Both the position numbers and the translations under genes were made by a program. Under the pieces are notes generated by a model. The model made no database searches. It saw only the letters and a list, made by a program, of their open reading frames with translations, and had not been told where the DNA came from. From Selaginella moellendorffii (Eukaryota > Plantae > Lycopodiophyta): a stretch of 56,350 nt of DNA. The DNA lies in contig NW_003314456.1 of the NCBI RefSeq assembly GCF_000143415.4, positions 1 through 56,350 on the forward strand, read 5' to 3'. Positions 23,660-37,761 of this stretch are shown piece after piece (the first letter of the stretch is position 1; each line of letters opens with the position of its first letter).

Positions 23660-26124
23660 TATTCCTTAGTCCGACTTTTATTGGTGCTCAAGTATATCAC
23701 CACTAGTGTTGGCATCGGAAGGTCCGAGGAGTGGGCCTATCCTTGAGGAGTAGCAAGTCGGGAAGACATGGCTCTCCATTACAGTTCATGTGTGAACTTG
23801 TAGACGAGGTGGTGGATAGAAAAGGGCCAATAATGGAACGACTTTGGGATCTTGGGAACAGTGCAAGGTTTTCCTCATTGAGTTGAGGATGTGATCCGGA
23901 TGAGCATTTGTCTCAGCAAATTGGCTAAGGTTGTTGTGGTAAACAACTAAAGTTGGGATCACGGGAAAGACAGAGACTCCAAAACAATAAAGGAGTCACA
24001 AGATTATCCTCATATAGTTGAGGTTGGTGCTCATGAATGTGAGACCAAAGGTAATGACCGTGGAAGGTCAAATACGGAAGAGGACTCAAGTCCTTGAAAT
24101 GGTAGCCGGGGCTACCTCTAATAAATGCTGGAACAACCCAAGGAGTTGGGGGTGTATTGAGTGGATGAGTTGGTATTCTCATCACATGGACAAGTAGTCC
24201 TAAGGGGCAAAGGTTGCCCCCAGAGAACAAAATCAAGTGTCGGAGTAACACTTGTGAAAATAGTCCTTTTGAGTAGGACAGGAATGCAAGAAGTGTATTC
24301 CAGTGAGCTAGTGCCTCACAAGTAGGACCTTACGGGTCTGTGGATTAACCAAGTCCAAAATTGCTGGATGACTCAAGTAGAGTCAACGGATGGTCCTAAA
24401 AGGACTGATGGAAGCATTTGGACTGAGGTGTGTTGTACCCCACAAAGGATGGGGGGGGGATCATAGGATCCAAGGATGAGAACAGAGGGTATCTCATCAA
24501 TGGCAAAATAGGCCATGCTAAAGTTATGGGAAAGGTGTTCCCAGAAGAAAACAACTCTGACATAAAGTTGTGTGTGACCTCTATGGTGCAGTGCTAACGG
24601 ATGGTTGGCATGAGAAAGAGCGGTGTTGGTCTTGGCAAAGACTTAGACACGAAGGGGAAATGTCATAAAGGTAGGCTCGTGGAGCCGATGGTGTGGAGAC
24701 ACCAAATGTGCTAAGGTGTGATACCTTGAGGCTATGTTGGTGGGTTCATGAGAACCCCTTGCCAAAGGAATCCCAATGGAAATGGGAATAGCATAGCCTA
24801 AGCTGCAGAGCATGCAGTTGGAGTGTGGTGACCCAGATAATGATGGAAGTGTGAAAGCACCAAGCAATGAGTTGTAGGACTTGACAACTATGAGGCAACT
24901 AAGCAAGAGGTGCAAAATAACTGGTTAAACGGGTAGAAGGTAGCTACCCAAGACTTCTTAATAGCATAAGGAAGTTGGATATACCCTTACGGGGGATAAG
25001 TTGCTTGTGTTGCGATATAGTAAGTCAATGTCATAAAAGGAAATACTCATTGTCAAGAAAGCCATCATTGGGACACCCGGACACTCTAGAACACCAGAAG
25101 GTGGTGTTTGATGTCGCGAGGGCAATGGATAAAGCCCAAGGGACTAAGTCCCTAGCGAATGATGGATAGAAGGTGCTATCCAAATGTCCAAGGTTGCGGA
25201 GACAGGAGAGGACTGTCTACCCGAATTGGACAAAGCCAAAAATGGAATTTTGGCAAGGCTAGTGATGGGCATGTAAAGGCCCATAAGCAACAATGTAATC
25301 CCAGTGTGTGGGATTATAAGGTGAGCATACCCGGATTGAGGAACCACTCCCTAGGCTATTGAGTAAGTCCATCCCTAAGAATACTTGCTAAAGCATGACA
25401 GAAAGTGCAAAGCTATCCTCCTGGTCTGGAGGAGAATGACCGAAGGAAAGGTGTGAAGCCAAAAGCAAGTAGTATTGGGATGGAATTGAACCATAGAAAT
25501 CAAAAGGCATATCCAATAGTGGTTATGAAAGTTGGGAGTGGAGAATCAAGAGGGTGCTCGAGGATGTTGTTGCTAGCAACCGTGATGCCATGGAGAGTCT
25601 AAATATGGAATTGTCCATGTTAGACTATATGGCAACTATAAAGCTTGCGAAAGGGGAGGCCTTAGCAAGCTGAGGGACAGAGTTCCTTCAAGGTTCCCAA
25701 AGACGATTCTAGGTAGCGTAGTACCTAGAAAGGCCAAGTGTAAATGGTTCATGGAACGCGCGAAATCAGAGTGGCGTAGCAGAAGCGTGGTCTTGAAGCT
25801 TGCCATGAGGCAAGGTTATCAAGGTTAGGGAAGTAGTTCCCGAGTGTTCAAAGAGAGGGCTTTGAACGAAAGTCGATGGTCAAGGACTTTCACGCTTATG
25901 CAGGAACCATGTTACAATGGTCGGAGGACTTGCCAAGTGAGATTGGCACGTCGGGGGAACAAAGACCCTAGTTGAAGGTGATAACTTCAAAAAGGGTGGG
26001 CCATGGGGCCGAGCATGGAGGAGTCCATGCATGATCACAGACATGTCAAGTGAGAGGACTTGGCAGTGTGGAGGAACTAGGTTCCTAAGCTGTGATCTGT
26101 AGCGCACTTTAAAAATAGGTTGGT

Positions 26125-26244
26125 GCACCGGCGTGGGGAGTCACGCCAGGCATCTTGTGTGATGCCGTCCGTAGATGCATATACGGAGGTTGGGTTCGAG
26201 TCCCGACCCTCTAGTGCTTGGGTTCGAGTCCCAAATCACTAGGG
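26125..26244 (+). ncRNA. tRNA-like multi-hairpin element with two GGTTCGAGTCC (B-box/T-loop) motifs
   Basis: Hairpins GGCGTG/CACGCC, GGCATC/GATGCC, TCCGTA/TACGGA, GGTTGGG-TTCGAGT-CCCGACC and CTAGTG..TTGGG-TTCGAGT-CCCAA..CACTAG. Conserved in all four A internal copies. Confidence 0.6.
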
Positions 26245-27861
26245 CGTGGTGATGGTTTGGAATATGAGGACACTCATATTTCGGTGGTCATGGACTCTCA
26301 GTGGGGAGACTGGTTTGGGCACACTGCCAAGCGAGGGATGCCTCGGAGTCGTGATGCACGGTTAGATTGCTTAGTGTGAAAGCTCAGCATATCTAACTTG
26401 AACACTTTGGTGCAAGTGGCACCAAGGTCGTGGTGAGTGAGATGGGGACACCTAATCTCAGTTGCTATGAACCCTTGGCCGTAAGGGCTAGCTTGGGTGC
26501 ACCGCCAAGTGTGGGGGATGCCCCCGGGGTTATAGTCAACAACTTGGAGGTCTAGAAAACCAAGTACCTCTTGGCAACTCTGTTAAGGTGCCAAGGTGAG
26601 ATCACTAGGTGATCTTATGGCCAGATAAGGACAAGGTCCTTGGTTGGCTAAGGAATGAAGTTCCTGGTTCAAAATGTTGAAATTGAACTGTTTAAGGTGG
26701 TGTGGCTTGGTCGTGATAACCAAGTGGGAAGAGCACCTAAGGGAAATAAACTATGTCCGTGTGATGGCATAGTGAGTCCGAGGAAAGTAGTCTCTATAAA
26801 AGACCCATAGGAGGGTCACGAAGTTGGGCCGTGGATAGAGCCCATAGCAGAAGATGCTAAAGAGACGTACTAGGGGTGAACATCCTCCGGACTTGGCAAA
26901 GAAGAGTCTTTGCTATGGAACCGAAACAATACCTCAAGGAGGGAGGTAGAGATTCGATGTTGCTTGGTGCAACAATCAACGGATAGGAGCAAAAGATGAA
27001 TGGCCAAGATAGGGCCGTGGAATCCCTTGGAAGGAATCCAAGTGACAAAGTTAGGCGAGGAACACTAATGTGTTGGACGCTAACAAGTTGTGGGAAAGGA
27101 AGTGTGTTTCCAAGGAGGGATTCCGAATTGCTCCGATTTGGCAAAAGTGGAAGCTCCAAGGGAGGGAGCGGTAAGGTAGCCAAATGATAGGGCGATGAAC
27201 AGCCCTAGCACAAAGTATGATAACTGGAACTTTGGCATGAAATAGAAGAGAGGATGATGGTGCCCTCGAGTAGAGAACTTCCTAGGATGGGAAGTGGAGT
27301 TGCACAAAAAGTGCAAGGCAAGGTGTCGGAGACACCTAGGAAATTGACTCCAAGAAGTCAAGATTCAAAGTTCCAAAGTGCAAAGGTTATATCGATGGAA
27401 ATTGAGACTACTCGAGAAGGAGTAGTGGGATTGACTTAGAGAAGGGTCTCTAAGAGGTTTAGCGAGAACTAAACCAATAAAAGGAGAGAACCACTCCTTG
27501 TGGTCCAATCAGTCTCTAAGTTGGGGAGACTACCTTCCTTAGAGGATAGGCAAGGCATGGNNNNNNNNNNNNNNNNNNNNNNNNNNNNNNNNNNNNNNNN
27601 NNNNNNNNNNNNNNNNNNNNNNNNNNNNNNNNNNNNNNNNNNNNNNNNNNNNNNNNNNNNAGAGGATAGGCAAGGCATGGTGAGCCTTTGGTGTCAAACC
27701 ATTGAGGCATATGCAAAAGGCATGGTGAGCCTTCAATGTCAAACCATTGACAAATATTGTCTAGGTGCCAAGGATGAAAATGGTAACACATACGAGTGTT
27801 ACTTTACAAAATGGTTTACCGTTCGATGAGGACATCGAACTTCGTCTATGGGTGGTGGAGT

Positions 27862-29964
27862 TGTGAGACACAAAATCCCTAGGCCCCAAAGTGGAGCCGG
27901 AAGGGCGCCACATGGTAGTGGCCGAAGCGAGAGCCAAACGAGCGTAACACGTTTGGACCAAAAGCTCCGACTTGAAAAGTCAAGAGCGGGAGTGGAACTC
28001 CCAACGAAGTGCTCGAGGAACGAGCACGAAGCGAGCAAAAGGCGAGGCTCCAAAAAGGGACCCAAAAGGACCAACGCATGACACGTGGGAGTGTCCGAGA
28101 TGGAGTCCGAGGTGGACCCGAGATGGACCCGAGTTGGAGTCCAAAGTGGAGTCCGAGATGGACCCGAGTTGGAGTCCGAAGTGGAGTCCGAGGTGGACCC
28201 GAGATGGACCCGAGTTGGAGTCCGAAGTGGAGTCCGAGATGGAGTCCGAGATGGAGTCCGAGGTGGACCCGAGTTGGAGTCCGAAGTGGAGTCCGAGATG
28301 GACCCGAGATGGAGTCCGAGATGGAGTCCGAGATGGAGTCCGAGGTGGACCCGAGATGGACCCGAAATGGAGTCCGAGATGGAGTCCGAGATGGACCTGA
28401 GATGGAGTCCGAGATGGAGTCCGAGATGGACCCGAGATGGACCCGAGATGGAGTCCGAGATGGAGTCCGAGATGGAGTCCGAGATGGAGTCCGAGATGGA
28501 GTCCGAAGTTGAGACCGAGACCGGGACCGAGACCGGGACCGAGACCGAGACCGAGATCGGGACCGAGGCCGAGACCGAGCCCGAGCCCGAGTCCGAGTCC
28601 GAATCCGAGTCCGAGTCCGAGTCCGAGTCCGAGTCCGAGTCCGAGTCCGGAGCCTGAGAGGGTGAAAGCCCAAAGCGTTCGTCTCCCAGACCCTGGGGGG
28701 TTTGGTGAGCCCCAAAAGTATAGTAGGGGGAGGACTGCAGTGGAGCCAGTTTGGCCAGGAAAGGCCAGTTTGGCCCAGGAAGGCCAGACCCAGTGTTGGG
28801 TGATGAGCTGCCCACTGGGAAGTCCAAGACTAGAGTGAACACAGACCGACAAGCGGGGTAGCTTGGTGATGTGTTCAAGAGCCGGCTCTAGTTCCCCCCG
28901 GGAGATCGACTGGCCGATGCTCCCAGTCCAAGTGTGGGTGGCACTACCTACTTGGATACCTGGTGTGGCTCAATGGAACCCGCTCTAAGCCCATGGCTAG
29001 AGCACCCAAGGGCAGAAGGCGAGGAGAGTACCTAGGTGGCTCGCGTAAGGCCACGGTGTTCCGAAATGTTGTCCCAAAGGCCCAGACTGTGGAAAGGAAG
29101 AGGAGCAGTCCTCTGGGGTAGTGACCAAGGACACAGTCGTGTGGTGAGGAAGTCCCAGAGGACCGTGGGACTTAGTGGTCGGGCCTGTGGGTCTCGGTCC
29201 AGTGGCAGTGTTGGCAAACACGGCCAGGGGCAGAAAGGGACTTAGTGGGGACTGACAGAGGGATATTGGGGAAGGCTATTCCCCTTGTCGGTGGGCATCC
29301 TAAGGATGCTAAGGAGTGGATCTGAGATGACCACTCACGGATGGTTTGCCTAGTCTTGGGGAGCCAAGACTGTGATGCAAGTGGTATTGGACTACCAGTG
29401 TGGCAAAGGTGATTGGGCATGGCCTTAGCGTAACGGGCTGCTATGTCGGTGGTACCTTTGAGTGTCGGTCATGGGATCGGACACATGGAGCACTTGGACC
29501 AAGTGCAAATGTTGAGTGGCATGGATGCCATTCTCGGGGCTAGCAAGTCCCAAGTCCTGGATTGGACTTATGGAGGTTGTGAATGAGACTCCTCCAAGTG
29601 GTCGGAGGTGTGGTTAAGTGACTAAAGTAGAATGGAAAATTTAGTCGCTTACAACATGGCCCAGTCTTGGAGACACGAGGTGGTGATGCAAGTGGTGTTG
29701 GACCACTAGTGCAGCAAAGGTGAATGGGCCTGGCCTTAGCGTAACGGGCCGAGATGTCAGTGGTACCTTTGGGTGTCGGTCTTGGGACCGGACACGTGGA
29801 GCACTTGGACCAGGTGCAAGTGTTGAGTGGCAGGGATGCCATTCTTGGGGCTAGACAGTCCCAAGTCCTGAATTGGACTGATGGAGGTTGTGAATAAGAC
29901 TCCTCCAAGTGGTCGAAGGTGTGGTTAAGTGACTAAAGTAGAATGGAAAATTTAGTCGCTTACA
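27862..29964 (+). repeat. A LTR, full, with duplicated 3' end
   Basis: TGTGAGACAC..GCTTACA, with an extra internal terminus at 29653. Confidence 0.93.
28660..28728 (+). promoter_or_regulatory. Pol I promoter-like block in LTR A
   Basis: Same 69-bp block. Confidence 0.82.
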
Positions 29965-32444
29965 ACTTGGTATCGGAGCTATTCCTTAGTCCGACTTTTA
30001 TTGGTGCTCAAGTATATCACCACTAGTGTTGGCATCGGAAGGTCCGAGGAGTGGGCCTATCCTTGAGGAGTAGCAAGTCGGGAAGACATGGCTCTCCATT
30101 ACAGTTCATGTGTGAACTTGTAGACGAGGTGGTGGATAGAAAAGGGCCAATAATGGAACGACTTTGGGATCTTGGGAACAGTGCAAGGTTTTCCTCATTG
30201 AGTTGAGGATGTGATCCGGATGAGCATTTGTCTCAGCAAATTGGCTAAGGTTGTTGTGGTAAACAACTAAAGTTGGGATCACGGGAAAGACAGAGACTCC
30301 AAAACAATAAAGGAGTCACAAGATTATCCTCATATAGTTGAGGTTGGTGCTCATGAATGTGAGACCAAAGGTAATGACCGTGGAAGGTCAAATACGGAAG
30401 AGGACTCAAGTCCTTGAAATGGTAGTCGGGGCTACCTTTAATAAATGCTGGAACAACCCAAGGGGTTGGGGGGTGTACTTAGAGATGAGTGGTATTCTCA
30501 TCGCATGGACAAGTAGTCCTAAGGAGCAAAAGTTGCCCCCAGAGAACAAAATCAAGTGTCGGAGTAACACTTGTGAAAATAGTCCTTTTGAGTAGGACAG
30601 GAATGCAAGAAGTGTATTCCAGTGAGCTAGTGCCTCACAAGTAAGACCTTACGGGTCTGTGGATTAACCAAGTCCAAAACTGCTGGATGACTCAAGTAGA
30701 GTTAAGGGATGGTCCTAAAAGGACTGATGGAAGCATTTGGACTGAGGTGTGTTGTACCCCACAAAGGATGGGGGGGGATCATAGGATCCAAGGATGAGAA
30801 CAGAGGGTATCTCATCGATGGCAAAATGTGCCATGCTAAAGTTATGGGAAAGGTGTTCCTAGAAGAAAACAACTTTGACATAAAGTTGTGTGTGACCTCT
30901 ATGGGGCAGTGCTAACGGATGGTTGGCATGAGAAAGAGCGGTGTTGGTCTTGGCAAAAACTTAGACACGAAAGGGAAATGTCATAGAGGTAGGCTCGTGG
31001 AGCCGATGGTGTGGAGACACCAAATGTGCCAAGGTGTGATACCTTGAGGCTATGTTGGTGGGTTCATGAGAACCCCTTGCCAAAGGAATCCCAATGGAAA
31101 TGGGAATGGCATAGCCTAAGCTGCAGAGCATGCAGTTGGAGTGTGGTGACCCAGATAATGATGGAGGTGTGAAAGCACCAAGCAATGAATTGTAGGACTT
31201 GACAACTATGAGGCAACTAAGCAAGAGGTGCAAAATAACTGGTTAAACGGGTAGAAGGTAGCTACCCAAGACTTCTTAATAGCATAAAGAAGTTGGATAT
31301 ACCCTTACGGAGGATAAGTTGCTTGTGTTGCGATATAGTAAGTCAATGTCATAAAAGGAAATACTCATTGTCAAGAAAGCCATCATTGGGACACCCGGAC
31401 ACTCTAGAACACCAGAAGGTGGTGTTTGATGTCGCGAGGGCAATGGATAAAGCCCAAGGGATTAAGCCCCTAGCGAATGATGGACAGAAGGTGCTATCCA
31501 AATGTCCAAGGTTGCGGAGACAGGAGAGGACTGTCTACCCGAGTTGGACAAAGCCAAAAATGGAATTTTGGCAAGGCTAGTGATGGGCATGTAAAGGCCC
31601 ATAAGCAACAATGTGATCCCAGTGTGTGGGATTATAAGGTGAGCATACCCGGATTGAGGAACCACTCCCTAGGCTATTGGGTAGGTTCATCCCTAAGAAT
31701 ACTTGCTAAAGTGTGATAGAAAGTGCAAAGCTATCCTCCTGGTCTGGAGGAGAATGACCAAAGGAAAGGTGTGAAGCCAAAAAGCAAGAAGTAAGGGGAT
31801 AGAACCAAACCATAGGAATCAAAGGGCATAACCAAGGTTGGTTATGCCAGTTGGGAGTGGAGAATCAAGTGGGGGCTCGAGGGTGTTGCCGCTAGCAACC
31901 GTGATGCAATGGAGAGTCTAAAATATAGAATTGTCCATGTTAGACTATGTGGCATTTTGAAGGCTTGCAAAAAGGGAGGCCTTAGCAAGCTGAGGGACAG
32001 AGTTCCTTCAAGGTTCCCAAAGACGATTCTAGGTAGCTTAGTACCTAGAAAGGCCAAGTGTAAATGGTTCATGGAACGCGCGAAATCAGAGTGGCGCAGC
32101 AGAAGCGTGGTCTTGAAGCTTGCCATGAGGCAAGGCTATCAAGGTTAGGGAAGTAGTTCCCGAGTGTTCAAAGAGAGGGCTTTGAACGAAAGTCGATGGT
32201 CAAGGACTTTCACGCTTATGCAGGAACCATGTTACAGTGGTCGAAGGACTTGCCAAGCGAAATTGGCATGTCGAGGGAACAAATACCCTAGTTGAAGGTG
32301 ATAACTTCAAAAAGGGTGGGCCATGGGGCCGAGCATGGAGGGGTCCATGCATGATCACAGACATGTCAAGTGAGAGGACTTGGCAGTGTGGAGGAACTAG
32401 GTTCCTAAGCTGTGATCTGTAGCGCGCTTTAAAAATAGGTTGGT

Positions 32445-32564
32445 GCACCGGCGTGGGGAGTCACGCCAGGCATCTAGTGTGATGCCGTCCGTAGATGTAT
32501 ATACGGAGGTTGGGTTCGAGTCCCGACCCTCTAGTGCTTGGGTTCGAGTCCCAAATCACTAGGG
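32445..32564 (+). ncRNA. tRNA-like multi-hairpin element (copy 2)
   Basis: Copy of 26125-26244; the differences fall in loops. Confidence 0.6.
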
Positions 32565-34029
32565 CGTGGTGATGGTTTGGAATATGAGGACACTCATATT
32601 TCGGTGGTCATGGACTCTCAGTGGGGAGACTGGTTTGGGCACACCGCCAAGCGAGGGATGCCTCGGAGTCGTGATGCATGGTTAGATTGCTTAGTGTGAA
32701 AGCTCGGCATATCTAACTTGAACGCTTTGGTGCAAGTGGCACCAAGGTCGTGGTGAGTGAGATGGGGACACCTAATCTCAGTTGCTATGAACCCTTGGCC
32801 GCAAGGGCTAGCTTGGGTGCACCGCCAAGTGTGGGGGATGCCCCCGGGGTTATAGTCAACAACTTGGAGGTCTAGAAGACCAAGTACCTCTTGGCAACTT
32901 TGTTAAGGTGCCAAGGTGAGATCACTAGGTGATCTTATGGCCAGATAAGGACGAGGTCCTTGGTTGGCTAAGGAATGAAGTTCTTGGTTCAAAATGTTGA
33001 AATTGAACTGTTTAAGATGGTGTGGCTTGGTCGCAATGACCAAGTGGGAAGAGCACCTAAGGGAAATAAACTATGTCCGTCCGATGGCATAGTGAGTCCG
33101 AGGAAAGTAGTCTCTATAAAAGACCCATGGGAGGGTCACGAAGTTGGGCCGTGGATAGGGCCCATAGCAGAATATGCTAAAGAGACATACTAGGGGTGAA
33201 CATCCTCCAGACTTGGCAAAGAAGAGTCTTTGCTATGGAACCGAAAGGATACCTCAAAAATGGAGGTAGCGATCCGATGTTGCTGGGTGCAACAATCAAG
33301 GATAGGAGCTAAGGACTAGTGGCCAAAGTTTGGGCCATGGAATTTAATGGAAGGGATCCAAATGGCAAAGTTAGCCAAGGAACACTAATGTGTTCGATGC
33401 TAACAGCTTGTGGAAAAGGAAGCGGACTTTCAAGGACGGATTCCTAAGTGCTCCAATTTGGCGAAGTAAAGGCTCCAAGTGAGGGAGCGGTAAGGTAGCC
33501 AAATGATAGGGCCATGGACAGCCCTAGCACAAAGTATGATAAATGGAACTTAGTGCCCAAGGTGGCACGAAATAGAAGAGAGGATGATGGTGCCCTAAAG
33601 TAATGAACTTCCTAGGATAGGGAAGTGGAGTTGCACAATCTGTGCAATGCAAGGTGTTGGAGACACCTAGGAAATTGACTCCCAAAAAGTCAAAAGAGTA
33701 AAAGTTCCAAGGTGCAAACATTCAATAGATGGAAATTGAGACTACTCGAGAAGGAGTAGTGGGATTGACTTAGAGAAGGGTCTCTAAGAGGTTTAGCGAG
33801 AACTAAACCAATAAAAGGATGAACCATTACATGTGGTCCAATCAGTCTCTAAGTTGGAGAGACTACGCTCCTTAAAGGATGGACAAGGCATGGTGAGCCT
33901 TTGATGTCAAACCATAGACAAAGATTGGCTAGGTGCCAAAGATGGAAATGGTAACACATGTGGGTGTTACTTTATGAAAGGGTTTACCGTTCGATGAGGA
34001 CATCGAACTTTGTCTATGGGTGGTGGAGT

Positions 34030-35792
34030 TGTGAGACACAAAATCCCTAGGCCCCAAAGTGGAGCCGGAAGGGCACCACATGGTAGTGGCCGAAGCGACA
34101 GCCAAACGAGCGTAACACGTTTGGACCAAAAGCTCCGACTTGAAAAGTCAAGAGCGGGAGTGGAACTCCCAACGAAGTGCTCGAGGAACGAGCACGAAGC
34201 GAGCAAAAGGCAAGGCTCCAAAAAGGGACCCAAAAGGACCAACACATGACACGTGGGAGTGTCCGAGATGGAGTCCGAGATGGACCCGAGATGGAGTCCG
34301 AGATGGAGTCCGAGATGGAGTCCGAGGTGGACCCGAGATGGACCCGAGTTGGAGTCCAAAGTGGAGTCCGAGATGGACCCGAGATGGAGTCCGAGATGGA
34401 GTCCGAGATGGAGTCCGAGGTGGACCCGAGATGGACCCGAAATGGAGTCCGAGATGGAGTCCGAGATGGAGTCCGAGGTGGACCCGAGATGGACCCGAAA
34501 TGGAGTCCGAGATGGAGTCCGAGATGGACCCGAGATGGAGTCCGAGATGGATTCCGAGATGGACCCGAGATGGACCCGAGATGGAGTCCGAGATGGAGTC
34601 CGAGATGGAGTCCGAAGTCGAGACCGAGACCGGAACCGAGACCGGGACCGAGACCGAGACCGAGACCGAGATCGGGACCGAGACCGAGACCGAGGCCGAG
34701 GCCAAGACCGAGCCCGAGCCCGAGTCCGAGTCCGAATCCGAGTCCGAGTCCGAGTCCGAGTCCGGGTCCGAGTCCGAGTCCGAGTCCGGAGCCTGAGAGG
34801 GTGAAAGCCCAAAGCGTTCGTCTCCCAGACCCTGGGGGGTTTGGTGAGCCCCAAAAGTATAGTAGGGGGAGGACTGCAGTGGAGCCAGTTTGGCCAGGAA
34901 AGGCCAGTTTGGCCTAGGAAGGCCAGACCCAGTGTTGGGTGATGAGCTGCCCACTGGGAAGTCCAAGACTAGAGTGAACACAGACCGACAAGCGGGGTAG
35001 CTTGGTGAAGTGTTCAAGAGCCGGCTCTAGTTCCCCCGGGAGATCGACTGGCCGATGCTCCCAGTCCAAGTGTGGGTGGCACTACCTACTTGGATACCAG
35101 GCGTGGCTCAACGGAACCTCGCTCTAAGCCCATGGCTAGAGCACCTAAAGGCGATAGGTGGGGAGAGTACCCAGGTGGCTCGCGTAAGGCCACGGTGTTC
35201 CGAAATGTTGTCCCAAAGGCCCAGACTGTGGAAAGGAAGAGGAGCAGTCCTCTGGGGTAGTGACAAAGGACACAGTCGTGTGGTGAGGAAGTCCCAGAGG
35301 ACCGTAGGACTTAGTGGTCAGGCCTGTGGGTCTCGATCCAGTGGCAGTGTTGGCAAACACGGCCAGGGGCAGAAAGGGACTTAGTGGGGACTGACAGAGG
35401 GATATTGGGGAAGGCTATTCCCCTTGTCGGTGGGCATCCTAAGGATGCTAAGGAGTGGATCTGAGATGACCACTCACGGATGGTTTGCCTAGTCTTGGGG
35501 AGCCAAGACTGTGATGCAAGTGGTATTGGACTACCAGTGTGGCAAAGGTGATTGGGCATGGCCTTAGCGTAACGGGCTGCTATGTCGGTGGTACCTTGGG
35601 GTGTCGATCATGGGATCGGACACGTGGAGCACTTGGACCAAGTGCTAAGGTTGAGTGGCATGGATGCCATTCTCGGGGCTAGCAAGCCCCAAGTCCTGAG
35701 TTGGACTTATGGAGGTTGTCAATGAGACTCCTCCAAGTGGTCAGACATGTGGTTAAGTGACTAAAGTAAAATGGAAAATTTAGTCCCTTACA
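34030..35792 (+). repeat. A LTR, full, single 3' end
   Basis: TGTGAGACAC..CCTTACA followed by PBS at 35796. Confidence 0.93.
34799..34867 (+). promoter_or_regulatory. Pol I promoter-like block in LTR A
   Basis: Same 69-bp block. Confidence 0.82.
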
Positions 35793-37692
35793 ATTTGGTA
35801 TCGGAGCTGTTCCTTAGTCCGACTTTTATTGGTGCTCAAGTATATCACCACTAGTGTTGGCATCGGAAGGTCCGAGGAGTGGGCCTATCCTTGAGGAGTA
35901 GCAAGTCGGGAAGACATGGCTCTCCATTACAGTTCATGTGTGAACTTGTAGATGAGGTGGTGGATAGAAAAGGGCCAATAATGGAACGACTTTGGGATCT
36001 TGGGAACAGTGCAAGGTTTTCCTCATTGAGTTGAGGATGTGATCCGGATGAGCATTTGTCTCAGCAAATTGGCTTAGGTTGTTGTGGTAAACAACTAAAG
36101 TTGGGATCACGGGAAAGATAGAGACTCCAAAACAATAAAGGAGTCACAAGATTATCCTCATATAGTTGAGGTTGGTGCTCATGAATGTGAGACCAAAGGT
36201 AATGACCGTGGAAGGTCAAATACGGAAGAGGACTCAAGTCCTTGAAATGGTAGCCGGGGCTACCTCTAATAAATGCTGGAACAACCCAAGGAGTTGGGGG
36301 TGTATTAAGTGGATGAGTTGGTATTCTCATCACATGGACAAGTAGTCCTAAGGGGCAAAGGTTGCCCCCAGAGAACAAAATCAAGTGTCGGAGTAACACT
36401 TGTGAAAATAGTCCTTTTGAGTAGGACCGGAATGCAAGATGTGTATTCCAGTGAGCTAGTGCCTCACAAGTAGGACCTTACGGGTCGGTGGATTAACCAA
36501 GTCCAAAACTGCTAGACGACTCAAGTAGAGTCAAGGGATGGTCCTAAAAAGGACTGAATGAAGCATTTGGACTGAGGTGCGTTGTACCCCACAAAGGATG
36601 GGGGGGGATCATAGGATCCAAGGATGAGAACAGAGAGTATCTCATCGATGGCAAAATGTGCCATGCTAAAGTTATAGGAAAGGTGTTCCTAGAAGAAAAC
36701 AACTTTGACATAAAGTTGTGTGTGACCTCTATGGGGTAGTGCTAACAGATGGTTGGCATGAGAAAGATGTAAGCGACTAATTTTTCCATTCTACTTTAGT
36801 CACTTAACCACACCTTCGACCACTTCGAGGAGTCTCACTCACAACCTCCTTAAGTCCAATTCAGGACTTGGGACTTGCTAGCCCCAAGAATGGCATCCAT
36901 GCCACTCAACACTTGCACCTGGTCCAAGTGCTCCACGTGTCCGGTCCCAAGACCGACACCCAAAGGTACCACTGACATCTCGGCCCGTTACGCTAAGGCC
37001 ATGCCCATTCACCTTTGCTGCACTAGTGGTCCAATACCACTTGCATCACCATCCCGTCTCTCCAAGACTGGGCTATCGGTCCACGAGTGGTCATCCTAGA
37101 TCCACTCCTTAGCATCCTTAGGATGCCCACAGACTTGGGGAATCGCCTTCCCCAAAGTCCCTTTGTCAGTTCCTACCAAGTCCCTTTTTGCCCCTGGCCG
37201 TGTTTGCCAACACTGCCACTGGATCGAGGCCCACAGGCCCGACCACTAAGTCCCATGGTCCTCTGGGACTTCCTCACCACACGACTGTGTCCTTGGTCAC
37301 TACCCCAGAGGACTGCTCCTCTTCCTTTCCACAGTCTAGGCCTTTGGGACAACATTTCGGAACACCGTGGCCTTACGCGAGCCACCTGGGTACTCTCCCC
37401 GCCTTTCGCCTTTAGGTGCTCTAGCCATGGGCTTAGAGCGAGGTTCCATTGAGCCATGCCTGGTATCCAAGTAGGTAGTGCCACCCACACTTGGACTGGG
37501 AGCATCGGCCAGTCGATCTCCCGGGGGAACTAGAGCCGGCTCTTGAACACTTCACCAAGCTACCCCGCTTGTCTGTCCGTGTTCACTCTAGTCTTGGACT
37601 TCCCAGTGGGCATCTCATCACCCAACACTGGGTCCGGCCTTCCTGGGCCAAACTGGCCTTTCCTGGCCAAACTGGCTCCACTGCAGTCCTCC

Positions 37693-37761
37693 CCCTACTA
37701 TACTTTTGGAGCTCACCAAACCCCCCAGGGTCTGGGAGACGAACGCTTTGGGCTTTCACCC
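37693..37761 (-). promoter_or_regulatory. Pol I promoter-like block in inverted LTR A
   Basis: Reverse complement of the 69-bp block. Confidence 0.82.

Noticed and set aside
26125-26244. A real tRNA gene or tRNA-derived SINE
   Set aside because: No canonical A-box/D-loop, 7-nt anticodon loop or 7-bp acceptor stem, and no poly-A/T tail or TSD. Kept only as a tRNA-like structure.
27541-27680. 20-bp direct repeat flanking a 100-N gap
   Set aside because: Looks like overlapping contig ends around a default-size gap; other A copies have a single copy.
23660-27850. gag-pol coding in the family A interior
   Set aside because: Only short ORFs, and I could not convincingly identify RT, RNase H or integrase motifs by eye.
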